A DNA stretch of 60,335 bases, taken from IMG/VR virus record IMGVR_UViG_3300047553_000096, positions 1 to 60,335 of that record; one strand, written 5' to 3'. The stretch is from a virus. Its lineage: Duplodnaviria > Caudoviricetes. Made by a program: the position numbers and the translations under genes. The number at the start of each line of letters is the position of its first letter. Positions within the stretch are counted from its first letter, which is position 1. Positions 1 through 9,131 of the stretch are shown here, one piece after another. The notes below the pieces were generated by a model. That model was not told where the DNA came from and made no database searches. It worked only from the letters and a program-made list of their open reading frames with translations.

Positions 1-840
1 GTACTTGAGGATAACAATGCCGGAGCCGCCTGTGCCGCCTGTGACCAAAGTTGGGTCTATAGTCCCTCCACCGCCACCGCCACCACCAGTATTAGCAGTT
101 CCAGGAGACCCATTGCTGTTATAAGCGCCAGCAGAACCGCCACCCCCCGACCCTCCAGTGCCTTGTCCACCTGGAATGCCACCACCTCCACCACCACCGC
201 CCGCGTATGTCACAGAAGAACCGCTAATCGTAGATGCTGTGCCGCTGCCACCATTACCACCGTAGCTGCTTGGCGTACCGCCATTACCTCCAGTAGCCCC
301 TGCGCCACCACCACCACCAGAAACATTTGGCGATCCTGTCCCTCCGTTATTACCTTGAGATGGTGAAGTGGATGGGGTATTTCCGCTTCCTCCGGTAGTC
401 GGCCCTGGTATCGCACTACCACCACCACCGCCAGAACCGCCGGACAAACCATTAACGGTATTCTTACCACCTCCGCCACCGCCATTAGACGTAATAGTCA
501 AAAAAACTGAATTACTTCCAGTTGCTCCGCTGTTACCTCCAGTAGCCCCACCTGCGCCGCCACCACCAACGGTAATTGTGTAATCGGTTCCTGCGGTTAC
601 AGAAAGCCCAGTACCTGTTCTAAATCCACCAGCCCCGCCGCCACCACCACTTCTTTCGCCGCCGACATTAACTCCGCTTCCACCCCCACCACCACCAGCA
701 ACAACCAAATACTCAACCTCTGTAACACCAGTAGGGCAGGTCCACGTAGAGGTAGCTGTAAAGGTTTGGATGACGGTGTACCCACCACCTCCACCCCCAG
801 CGAAGGTCTGCCCAATAAGCATCGACAAAATGCCTGTCAT
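1..840 (-). CDS. Gly-rich tail-fibre-associated protein (runs off the left edge; not in the ORF track)
   Basis: ATG at 840-838 overlaps the TGA of the upstream gene (ATGA). Reads MTGILSMLIGQTFAGGGGGGYTVIQTFTATSTWTCPTGVTEVEYLVVAGGGG...GGSGIVILKY. Paralogous to 33791-34690. Confidence 0.8.
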   Translation of the reverse strand, partial: MTGILSMLIGQTFAGGGGGGYTVIQTFTATSTWTCPTGVTEVEYLVVAGGGGGGSGVNVGGERSGGGGGAGGFRTGTGLSVTAGTDYTITVGGGGAGGATGGNSGATGSNSVFLTITSNGGGGGGKNTVNGLSGGSGGGGGSAIPGPTTGGSGNTPSTSPSQGNNGGTGSPNVSGGGGGAGATGGNGGTPSSYGGNGGSGTASTISGSSVTYAGGGGGGGGIPGGQGTGGSGGGGSAGAYNSNGSPGTANTGGGGGGGGTIDPTLVTGGTGGSGIVILKY

Positions 841-1544
841 GACACGTTCCCTGAAACAACACACACCGTACCGGATATAAACAGAATCGTCGCAACACCT
901 CTGGTTGCAAGCGTCATCGTGTCCTTATCGGTATTCGTTCCGGCAATATAAGCTGTTGTGATGGACATGGTTAGCGTAATAGACGAAGCTGAGTTGTTAA
1001 AGATGACAACCACATCACCTGCCGCAAAAGTTGAGTTAGGCACTGTCTGCCCTGCCGTTACCGACAGCAACTTGCCCACATCACCAACTACAAGCGTATT
1101 GGTTGAGTTGCTGGATACAGGGACATTCCTAAATCCAACAGGATTTGTACCATCTACAGTACAACTGGATAGCGTCCCAGACGATGGTGTACCTAAAGCA
1201 CCGCCTGGAGCCACGTAATCCGTCCCTGCTGTTGCAGCAGAGATCGCTGTGCCGTTACCCTTGAGTACACCTGTAATTGATGTGGAAAGCGTAATCGCTG
1301 GAGTCGTGCTTGCATTTGCAACTGATCCGGCTAGCCCGTTAGCCGAAACAACCGAAACCGTCGTTACCGTTCCTGAGCCTACAGAACTAAAACTTAGCGA
1401 CCCAGAGCCGTCGGTAACTAAGGCCTGGCCTGTCGTACCATCCGTACCAGGAAGCGTGAACGTCGTGTTAGAGGAAGTGTTGGCAGACTGAAGCGTTGTC
1501 GTTCCCGTCCCGCTTGCATTGCCTTGAAGTTTAATCTTGCTCAT
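837..1544 (-). CDS. Tail fibre-related protein, 235 aa
   Basis: Ser/Thr/Gly-rich. Shares the TFTLP..DGT.GQ.L.TDGSG.LSF and GTDYVAPGGALGTPSSGTL modules with the long fibre. Confidence 0.7.
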   Translation of the reverse strand: MSKIKLQGNASGTGTTTLQSANTSSNTTFTLPGTDGTTGQALVTDGSGSLSFSSVGSGTVTTVSVVSANGLAGSVANASTTPAITLSTSITGVLKGNGTAISAATAGTDYVAPGGALGTPSSGTLSSCTVDGTNPVGFRNVPVSSNSTNTLVVGDVGKLLSVTAGQTVPNSTFAAGDVVVIFNNSASSITLTMSITTAYIAGTNTDKDTMTLATRGVATILFISGTVCVVSGNVS

Positions 1545-1547
1545 AAA

Positions 1548-3950
1548 TCACCCTAAAATCATCCAGGCTTGGCCTGTGCCTACAGTTACAGAATAACCTG
1601 CCGAAACCGTGACGGGAGACACAGATAACCCGTTGGTGTTTGATGAAATCGTGACGTTCTGCCCGATTGTAATCTGAGACTCTAGTATTGGGCCACCGCT
1701 ACCACCACCGCTTGCAGTAGCCCAACTTAAATTTCCCGATCCGTCTGTACTTAAAAACTGACCGCCAGTCCCATAGTCAGTTGGGAACACGTAGGTTTGA
1801 GTGGATGTCGTTGCAGCGGCACTCGGCTCAATCCTCAGCGTCTTAGTTCCAGATCCGGAGTCAGTCGATTGCAACTCAAGATAACCGGATGTTCCCGCAC
1901 CTGTATTAGCAGTTACTCGTGCATAACCAACGAATGCAGCCTGGCCAATATCAGAAAGCGTTGCAGTCGAGTTCTGAATCAGTTTCCCAGTCGTTCCGTC
2001 GAATCGAGCAATTGCGTTATCGGTAGCACTACCAGGGCCAGAAGCATCGCCTGCCGTTAAGGTTGCAAACTCAAGCGCGGTAGCACCTGAATTAACCTTG
2101 AGATACTGATTAGCAGTGCCAATAGCCGTTAAGCCTGTGCCACCATTAGAGACCCCTAGAGTTCCTGTGATGCCAGACGAAAGAGGTAAACCCGTTGCAT
2201 TGGTAAGAGTTGCGGCACTAGGCGTTCCAAGATCGCCGCCGTAAGTAACGACACCTCCAGCAGTCCCTACAGTTAAACCAAGGGCAGCCGCAACGCCAGT
2301 ACCTAAACCAGAAACACCTGTGCTTACTGGTAGACCTGTTGCGTTAGTTAGCGTGCCCGAACTAGGCGTTCCTAACGCTCCGTTAAAAAGTACAGGGGCT
2401 CCCGCTGTTCCTACCGACTGACCGAGTGCCGTAGCAATCCCAGTACCAAGGTTTGCAAGGTTGGTGACGCTGTAATTGGTAGCGTTAGATAGATTGGCTG
2501 AAGATGGAGTTCCTAACGCACCACCAGGAGCTAAGTAATCCGTACCGGCAACCGCAGCACTAAGTACACCGGATGTAGCTTTTAATACGCCCGTGGTTGT
2601 TGCTGCCTTGATTGCTTTTCCGGTAGTCCCGTCAAACAATGCAATCTCATTGCTAACAGAGCTTGCAGGGCCAACTACATCACCAACACCTACAGCCGCG
2701 CCATACTCTAGCGCTGTCCCACCAGAGTTAACCCTGAGAACCTGTCCAGCCGTTCCTAAAGCAGTTAGGCCCGTACCACCAGAAGTAATCGGTATGGCCG
2801 TACCTGAATAGGTAAGCGAGATATTTCCTGAACTCGTTACCGCAGAACCCGCTGTTAAGAATGCAGGGGGAGATATGCCAACAGAAGTGACTGTACCGAC
2901 CCCAGTAACAGAGCCCCACTTAACACCCGTAGTCTGTGTTGAGTCAGCTATAAGAACCTGACCGTCTGCGCCAACCGGAACACGAACATTATCTGTCCCT
3001 GTGTGAGCAATAACATCGCCCTTTGTTGTCGACGGGGCTAATGCGTCAAACGCTGATGTCTTATCAGACTGGCCTGTACCACCCGCTGAAATAGGAATAG
3101 AACCCGTCAGCTTAGACGCAGCTAGAGAAGTTATCCAAGAGGGGTTCGCATAAGATCCTGTCGTAACGACACCGTTGGCAACCGTCCCCGCATTACCAAG
3201 GATGTCGATATTCCAAGTGCCTGTCGCGCCTGATCCCGATGTCGTGACAAAAGCACCAGAAGATCCTACCGCTACACCTAACGCAGTTGCTACGTTAGTG
3301 CCTAGCCCCGTAACGCCCGACAAGGGCATTCCTGTGGCATTGGTGAGGGTAATGCTCGACGGTGTTCCCATCGCGCCGTTAAACGTCGTAAAGGCTCCAG
3401 AGGAGCCTACGTTAACCGCTAATGCTGTGGCTACGTTTGAGCCTAAACCAGAGACACCTGTTGAGATCGGCAGGCCTGTCGCGTTAGTTAAGGTCGCGGC
3501 AGAAGGTGTTCCTAAGTCAGGTGTCGTTAAGGCCGGAGAAGATGCTCTTACAACATTGCCCGTTCCGGTAGAGGCTTGGAACGATAGATTTCCCGACCCA
3601 TCCGTTTGCACAATCGAACTAGCAGCACCATCAGCAGACGGGAGTACAAACGTAACGTTAGAGGCCAAGGAAGATGCGGCGCGTAACTCTGTGTAGCTTG
3701 TTCCGTTGTCGCTGTCCTCGCCTAGTCGAATGCGACCTGCATTAGCCGCTACACCAGAGACCGTTAAAACATCGTTCGTTGTGAAGGTGTCGCCATCAAG
3801 TCCAGCCTGTTGATTCTTAAGCTGGCTCATCAACTCCCGTATAGCATTGTTGATGTTACTAGGCGCACAACCTTCGGCAATGTCGATACCGTCTATGTCG
3901 GTGTTGTTGCCTGGAGTTGAGGAGAACTCGGAAATCTTTGTCTTTGCCAT
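1548..3950 (-). CDS. Long tail fibre protein, 800 aa (copy 1)
   Basis: N-terminal anchor (IAEGCAPSNINNAIRELM) shared with 35082-37583. Internal repeats LGTPS..TLTNATGLP and GP.S...N.IA.FDGTTGK. Confidence 0.75.
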   Translation of the reverse strand: MAKTKISEFSSTPGNNTDIDGIDIAEGCAPSNINNAIRELMSQLKNQQAGLDGDTFTTNDVLTVSGVAANAGRIRLGEDSDNGTSYTELRAASSLASNVTFVLPSADGAASSIVQTDGSGNLSFQASTGTGNVVRASSPALTTPDLGTPSAATLTNATGLPISTGVSGLGSNVATALAVNVGSSGAFTTFNGAMGTPSSITLTNATGMPLSGVTGLGTNVATALGVAVGSSGAFVTTSGSGATGTWNIDILGNAGTVANGVVTTGSYANPSWITSLAASKLTGSIPISAGGTGQSDKTSAFDALAPSTTKGDVIAHTGTDNVRVPVGADGQVLIADSTQTTGVKWGSVTGVGTVTSVGISPPAFLTAGSAVTSSGNISLTYSGTAIPITSGGTGLTALGTAGQVLRVNSGGTALEYGAAVGVGDVVGPASSVSNEIALFDGTTGKAIKAATTTGVLKATSGVLSAAVAGTDYLAPGGALGTPSSANLSNATNYSVTNLANLGTGIATALGQSVGTAGAPVLFNGALGTPSSGTLTNATGLPVSTGVSGLGTGVAAALGLTVGTAGGVVTYGGDLGTPSAATLTNATGLPLSSGITGTLGVSNGGTGLTAIGTANQYLKVNSGATALEFATLTAGDASGPGSATDNAIARFDGTTGKLIQNSTATLSDIGQAAFVGYARVTANTGAGTSGYLELQSTDSGSGTKTLRIEPSAAATTSTQTYVFPTDYGTGGQFLSTDGSGNLSWATASGGGSGGPILESQITIGQNVTISSNTNGLSVSPVTVSAGYSVTVGTGQAWMILG

Positions 3951-3952
3951 GA

Positions 3953-5470
3953 TTACTCCATCAACTCTTTTTGCTGCTGTGTCTGGTAAAGCATATTCAG
4001 CAACCCTCGGTACGGTAAGTTAGGAGCAGCAGCCTGCGCTCCTAACAGTCCACGTTGTAATTGTCCCACGCCGTAAGCGGTTTCGCCAACAATTCTTGGC
4101 GAAGAGGCGAGCATTGTTCCCGCAGCCAAAGGAATACCTCCGGCCATAAAGCCCATGCCGCCAGTAATCGGAGCGGTAGCCCGTTGGATTCCTCGTGGCG
4201 TTAAATCGGACATAGCCTGGCCAGCAAGTGCGGGCATTAACTGCCTACCACCTTGCTGTTCTAATTGTCTTGCGAGACGCAGTCGCTCTCCGTAATTGGT
4301 GTTTACGTTATTTCTCATTAGGCTTTGTAGCTTGCGTATCGCGGTATCAGCAGAGGCTTTTTGGCCTAAAGACAACGCACGTTCAATCTCACGGATAAGA
4401 TCGCTTTGATCCGTATACGCCTTCATAACCTTAGCGTAGGTTGGAGCCTGTTTGGTTATCTCGCCCTTAATGGCGTTGTAAACCTCTCCGACCGCAGTTC
4501 TTGCTGTCTTAGCTTCAAAAGGAATGCCTTCTAATACATCACCAACCTTCTGCTTGAGAGCATCCAAACCTTCTGGGGTATGGTACTCAGCAGGGTCTAA
4601 AGCCTTCCATTCTTCAATATAAGTTTGTGCTTTGCCTAATTGACTAGCGGCCGCCTCGTTCTTAACTTGCCCTTTGTACATCACCTTATTCATGGCATTG
4701 CTAACTGCGTTATCAATACCAGTGAAGTCAAGGACTGTCTTGTCGTTCCTGATGTTTACCATGCCAGAGCGATACTCTGCTTGCTTGGCTTGTTGAATAT
4801 CAGATAGGTTTTGCTTAGCAATATCCAGGACTTCGGTTGCCCCAACCTTGCCGCGCAGATTCTCTGTGAAAGACTTAGCTTGCTGTCCTCCCGCTTTGCC
4901 AGCCTCAAATGCCTGTTGAATTGCTTCCGTTCCTACGCCGGTCGTAGACCCAAGGACTGCTTTCGTTCCTCTTCCAGCGGCTCCAGTACCGGCAGCAATG
5001 GTTCTTCCAGTAGCCACCAACGGATCTGTTGCGTAGGCTGCTTTAGCTAATGTTGTAGATACGCCACCGGCTTTAGGTGCAACCATTGCGCCACCAGTAA
5101 GAACCGTGGATATATCCGCGAGGACTCCAGCGGGATCGGTAGCAATGGCTTTCTTTGCCCCTTCCACACTGCCGTAACGCTCGGTATAAAACTGACCTAC
5201 CTTGTTAGCAAGTTCCCTAGAGGCTTTATCTTCGCCAATAGCGCGAACCATGCCTTCGGGGAGGATGTTTTGCAGGATACCTGCGCCAAGATCAATGACT
5301 GTTTTAGCTGTTTGGATTGGGCTTGTAACGGCTTCAACGACACCGCCAATAACGTTGCCTAAAGACTTAGGGAAGTTGGTAATTGCCCCTTCTACGACTT
5401 GACCGGCAGATAATGGCTTTTGCTCAGGCTTTTGGCCTAAGACGGTATCTTGATCCCACCAGTTAGCCAT
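3953..5470 (-). CDS. Putative internal virion/DNA ejection protein, 505 aa
   Basis: Ala/Gly/Gln-rich helical composition; third gene of the trio after the nozzle genes, the position of ejection proteins in P22-like podoviruses. Confidence 0.55.
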   Translation of the reverse strand: MANWWDQDTVLGQKPEQKPLSAGQVVEGAITNFPKSLGNVIGGVVEAVTSPIQTAKTVIDLGAGILQNILPEGMVRAIGEDKASRELANKVGQFYTERYGSVEGAKKAIATDPAGVLADISTVLTGGAMVAPKAGGVSTTLAKAAYATDPLVATGRTIAAGTGAAGRGTKAVLGSTTGVGTEAIQQAFEAGKAGGQQAKSFTENLRGKVGATEVLDIAKQNLSDIQQAKQAEYRSGMVNIRNDKTVLDFTGIDNAVSNAMNKVMYKGQVKNEAAASQLGKAQTYIEEWKALDPAEYHTPEGLDALKQKVGDVLEGIPFEAKTARTAVGEVYNAIKGEITKQAPTYAKVMKAYTDQSDLIREIERALSLGQKASADTAIRKLQSLMRNNVNTNYGERLRLARQLEQQGGRQLMPALAGQAMSDLTPRGIQRATAPITGGMGFMAGGIPLAAGTMLASSPRIVGETAYGVGQLQRGLLGAQAAAPNLPYRGLLNMLYQTQQQKELME

Positions 5471-5472
5471 AA

Positions 5473-7002
5473 TTAACCACCCTTCTTACGCACTTGACCC
5501 TGCGGGTCTATATAAACTGAACCGTTAGGCAGCCTGTCATACTCTGCTTTAGAGTTGACTTTGATAGGATTTTGTTCGTTTCCTACAGGCGTTTGCGGTG
5601 TAACGCTAGGCGTTAAAGCATCAATCGCAGACTTGCTATACCCCTGCGCTCTAGCCGCGTCTGACATTTTCTTAAACGCACCTTCTGCGACTTCTGCCTG
5701 CCTGCCAAGATTGGCTTTGATTTGCGTCGGAGACATACCGGGCGTGACCATTGCAGATTCAAACGCAGAGGCTTCTGTTCTAGTAAGCGCGGAACCAAAC
5801 AGTTGATTTCTAATCTGGTTTGCAAAAAGATCATATTGTTGCCACCACTGACCGAAATCCTTTTTGGCCGGGTCGTCAGAACGCAAGGCAAGCATAATCG
5901 CTCCCCTACCTAAAGCGTCCATGCGATAGCCGCCATAATCATCTTTGAAGTTATTAGACAGACTTCTAAGGTTGACTGCGTTTTCTGATTTACTAGCAAG
6001 ATCGTTAAGAACAGGCCCAGGCAAAGGCTTGCCGTCTTTTGCTTGCTCTTGTTTTGCTCTAGCTTCGTCTATTCTCAAACCAACCAGTTGGTTGCTTAAC
6101 GCAGTTGTTGCTGCGCGATCTTGTCTTGATTGATCTCGTTCAAAAGCTCGATTGCTCATCTCAGTTAGACGAGCCATGTTTGCGTTTGTTTTATCTTCAT
6201 CCATGTTTGGAAAGCTACGCTGCAACTGAGTAGCAAACTGCATAACCGATGGATGCAAGACTCCTCCAGTAATCAATGGGGTAAATGGGTTTTCATCCGC
6301 CCCAGTTTGTTGTGTTGGGGCCATAACGGTTTGAGTTTTCCCGTTGAAGTCAGTCACAACAAGAGACTCGCCTTTCTTGATGCTTGTTACAGTAGGCTTG
6401 CCAGCAACTGCGCGGAAGTTACCGTCCGGCATCCGTTCATAAATAATTCCGCCAGCCTCTTTAGTTTCAGGCTGCATCGCCCCCTGAATTGTTTTTGCAG
6501 CAGTTAATGCCTTGTCGATGGGGACACCCTTAGAGACAGCAGCAGACAATAAACGCTCAACATCAAGACGAGGCATACCGTAAGTCTTTTCCTCCACTGA
6601 CGGCGTAGGCATCTCCATCATCTCAAGTTCTGATAATGGCCTTTGCTGAGTAGTAACGGGCCTTACTATGCCAGCCCTTAGAACCTCTGGAAGATTTGCC
6701 TCGGCCTGCATTTGTTTCTGCATTTGTTGCAGTTGTAGACCTGTTACACGATCCTGCACCGCTTGCTGCATTGCACCACGGTAGGCTTGCTGTCCAGCCT
6801 GTAGACCCTGGGCTACAAGTTCGCCTGTAGACCTGCGAACCGGGCTTCTTCCTGATCCTGCAAGCAAGGTAAGGCCAAGATTTAACAACCCTTGGTCTTG
6901 CGCTTGTTGCCTTAGTTTTTCCTGTTCATCTGCGCCCAATAAACCTCCCATATAGGAAGGCATCTGACCAAACACACCGCCAAGGAAGTTACTAGTTGAC
7001 AC
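5473..7002 (-). CDS. Putative internal virion/DNA ejection protein, 509 aa
   Basis: Synteny. First ~90 aa nearly identical to 39490-40926. Confidence 0.55.
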   Translation of the reverse strand: MSTSNFLGGVFGQMPSYMGGLLGADEQEKLRQQAQDQGLLNLGLTLLAGSGRSPVRRSTGELVAQGLQAGQQAYRGAMQQAVQDRVTGLQLQQMQKQMQAEANLPEVLRAGIVRPVTTQQRPLSELEMMEMPTPSVEEKTYGMPRLDVERLLSAAVSKGVPIDKALTAAKTIQGAMQPETKEAGGIIYERMPDGNFRAVAGKPTVTSIKKGESLVVTDFNGKTQTVMAPTQQTGADENPFTPLITGGVLHPSVMQFATQLQRSFPNMDEDKTNANMARLTEMSNRAFERDQSRQDRAATTALSNQLVGLRIDEARAKQEQAKDGKPLPGPVLNDLASKSENAVNLRSLSNNFKDDYGGYRMDALGRGAIMLALRSDDPAKKDFGQWWQQYDLFANQIRNQLFGSALTRTEASAFESAMVTPGMSPTQIKANLGRQAEVAEGAFKKMSDAARAQGYSKSAIDALTPSVTPQTPVGNEQNPIKVNSKAEYDRLPNGSVYIDPQGQVRKKGG

Positions 7003-7004
7003 TG

Positions 7005-7964
7005 TTATCTCCCAAGCAAGCCAAGCAATCCGCCAGCAGCAGCACCAAGACCTGTGCCTAAACCAGGAACCATGCTACCTAGCTTTGCCCCGGTAAGAGC
7101 GCCACCAAGTGCGCCGGCAAGCGGGTTAGAGTAAGTCGGCTGGATGGTCTGCTGCCCCATAGGCGCGCCGTAAGCGGAACTCAAGAAACTCTGTAAGTTC
7201 GAGTAAGGCTGTTGCTGTTGGTAGTTAAATTTCTGGATCGCGTCTGCAAGTGCAGCTTGTTGGTACTGCTCTGCTGTCTGACCAACTTGCGCGAGTTGTG
7301 CAATATCCGTGTAGTCCTGTGCCGCCATGCCTGGCGCAGCACCAATCGCTGCCTGTTGTCTTGCTCGCTCTTGTTCGTACAAGTTAGCGCCCAAGCCAAG
7401 CGCAGACATCTGTCTTGCTCGCTCATCTCCGTAGTTCTGATAAGCAAGCTGTCCCGCCTGACTGGTTAGCGCATTTGCTAACGCACCTTGTGCCCTTGCT
7501 TCTTGGCTCATAAGGGCTTCGTTTGTTCCATAACGTCCAGAAGCAGAAGCCTTCGACCGCATTTGGTTAATAGCGTCCTGATAAGCCTGAGAAGCCTGCG
7601 TAAACCCAGGTTGTAGTGCTTGAGTCAGGTAAGGATTAGGCCCAAGAAAACTGCCGCTCAACGTGTTTTGTAGAACAGGGTTGAATTGGCCTTGTAAAGT
7701 TGCTGCCTGACCCCCGCCGATCTGACTTGCTAACTGTTGTTGCGCCAAAGGCACAAGCGGGTTGCCTTGCATAGCCCTTGTCTGCATGGCAGAGAGCGCA
7801 GCCTGCGTCTGTTGGGATGGGCCAACATAGGTTTGACCTGTATAGGCTTGTGGGCCTCCAGTAGCGTAGAGACGTTGAGCCTCAGATAGACCGTATTGAA
7901 CATAAGGGGCTTGAGACGGGTCTAATTCCGTCCTCGTCACCGTGTTTGTTGAGCCACCAGACAT
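7005..7964 (-). CDS. Putative DNA transfer/pilot protein, 319 aa
   Basis: Gln/Ala-rich with a Gly-rich hydrophobic C-terminus; P22 gp7-like position; homolog at 40929-41888. Confidence 0.55.
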   Translation of the reverse strand: MSGGSTNTVTRTELDPSQAPYVQYGLSEAQRLYATGGPQAYTGQTYVGPSQQTQAALSAMQTRAMQGNPLVPLAQQQLASQIGGGQAATLQGQFNPVLQNTLSGSFLGPNPYLTQALQPGFTQASQAYQDAINQMRSKASASGRYGTNEALMSQEARAQGALANALTSQAGQLAYQNYGDERARQMSALGLGANLYEQERARQQAAIGAAPGMAAQDYTDIAQLAQVGQTAEQYQQAALADAIQKFNYQQQQPYSNLQSFLSSAYGAPMGQQTIQPTYSNPLAGALGGALTGAKLGSMVPGLGTGLGAAAGGLLGLLGR

Positions 7965-7965
7965 A

Positions 7966-8352
7966 TCAAACCTCTCTTACCCACTTACGGGGTCGAAAAC
8001 CTAACGCCTTAGCTTTGCGATCCCAGCCTTTACGCCACGAATCAAAGCTGATAGTCCTTGCGCCACCTTCTCTCGCAAGAACGAGAACATGATCCATGCC
8101 TGCATCAAAATCTCCCTTGCCATAAGCGCACCAAATATGCAAATTATCGCCGATAGGCTGAAGAACAACAAACCCGCAAGGATAACTGTCCTCAAAGTAC
8201 ATCCAAAGAAGTGATCGTCCCGCAAAACAGTCTGCGTAAATGTCCTCCGGTATCCACTGCTCCGGACTTTTCTTGAGAATGACCTCCAGTCCTGCCCTAA
8301 CGAACGGCCAAATCTTCCTAAGTTCTTCGGGTTTGATGTATCTTGCATTCAT
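7966..8352 (-). CDS. Small GNAT-fold-like tail assembly protein
   Basis: 128 aa with GFVVL..LHIW and GW.RKAKALGF. Sits between nozzle and ejection genes. Conserved in copy 2. Confidence 0.5.
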   Translation of the reverse strand: MNARYIKPEELRKIWPFVRAGLEVILKKSPEQWIPEDIYADCFAGRSLLWMYFEDSYPCGFVVLQPIGDNLHIWCAYGKGDFDAGMDHVLVLAREGGARTISFDSWRKGWDRKAKALGFRPRKWVREV

Positions 8353-9131
8353 CCAACCACCACATACCCGTAGGTCTTGTCAGAGGATGAGTTTGGGAAG
8401 TGCGTAATCACAGCAGAACCGTTCGTCACACTCGAAACGTACACGCCACCGTTAGAAAACCCCCCAACAAATTGCATCGTGGCAATCACAGAAGGAGTAG
8501 CAGGCCTCGTCGGGCTCGTCTGAGTGGGGATATGCTCGATGATGACAAGCGTTGATGATGTAGCCCATACCAACTCGATGTAGTCGTTAGCGGCAAGGTC
8601 TACAAAGAGGTTAAGCGCTGCAATGACATGGCCTTTGACCGACCCATGCTTAGAATCAATTGAGAACCGTGAGTTTGAACTAGCAACATCAGACCCGTTT
8701 TTCCTAATCCAAACATCGACATCCTGGATCTGCGAGTCATCATTTGCAAATTGTATCGAGAACTGAAAGTTGTACTTGCCAGCAGCCCTGACATTTATCC
8801 GACTTGAGTTAGAAAGATAAACATTGTTCGTGAGATCGGTGTTTGAGAACGTGATTGCGTATGCTGCTGTCGTGCTTGCAGCAGATTGATCGTTGAGGTC
8901 ATAAAACGAGCCGTAAGGGATCGAATCTGCGTAGGCATTAGCAGAATAGGGAACAAGAATGATCTTGCTTTCTACCCCTATTCTGGCGTCTGTAATCGTG
9001 GTTGTGGTGGCGTTTCCTGTAGCAAGCGTCACCGTTCCGGTGTTATTTGTCTTACCGTCCATGATGCCACGGACAATCTCAGCAACGGCCCTCTGGTCGC
9101 CTCCGAAAGGTGGAAGCGTACGAAAGATCAT
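8349..9131 (-). CDS. Tail structural protein (needle/knob-like), 260 aa
   Basis: Beta-rich, follows the nozzle gene, nearly identical to 42273-43055. Confidence 0.5.
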   Translation of the reverse strand: MIFRTLPPFGGDQRAVAEIVRGIMDGKTNNTGTVTLATGNATTTTITDARIGVESKIILVPYSANAYADSIPYGSFYDLNDQSAASTTAAYAITFSNTDLTNNVYLSNSSRINVRAAGKYNFQFSIQFANDDSQIQDVDVWIRKNGSDVASSNSRFSIDSKHGSVKGHVIAALNLFVDLAANDYIELVWATSSTLVIIEHIPTQTSPTRPATPSVIATMQFVGGFSNGGVYVSSVTNGSAVITHFPNSSSDKTYGYVVVG

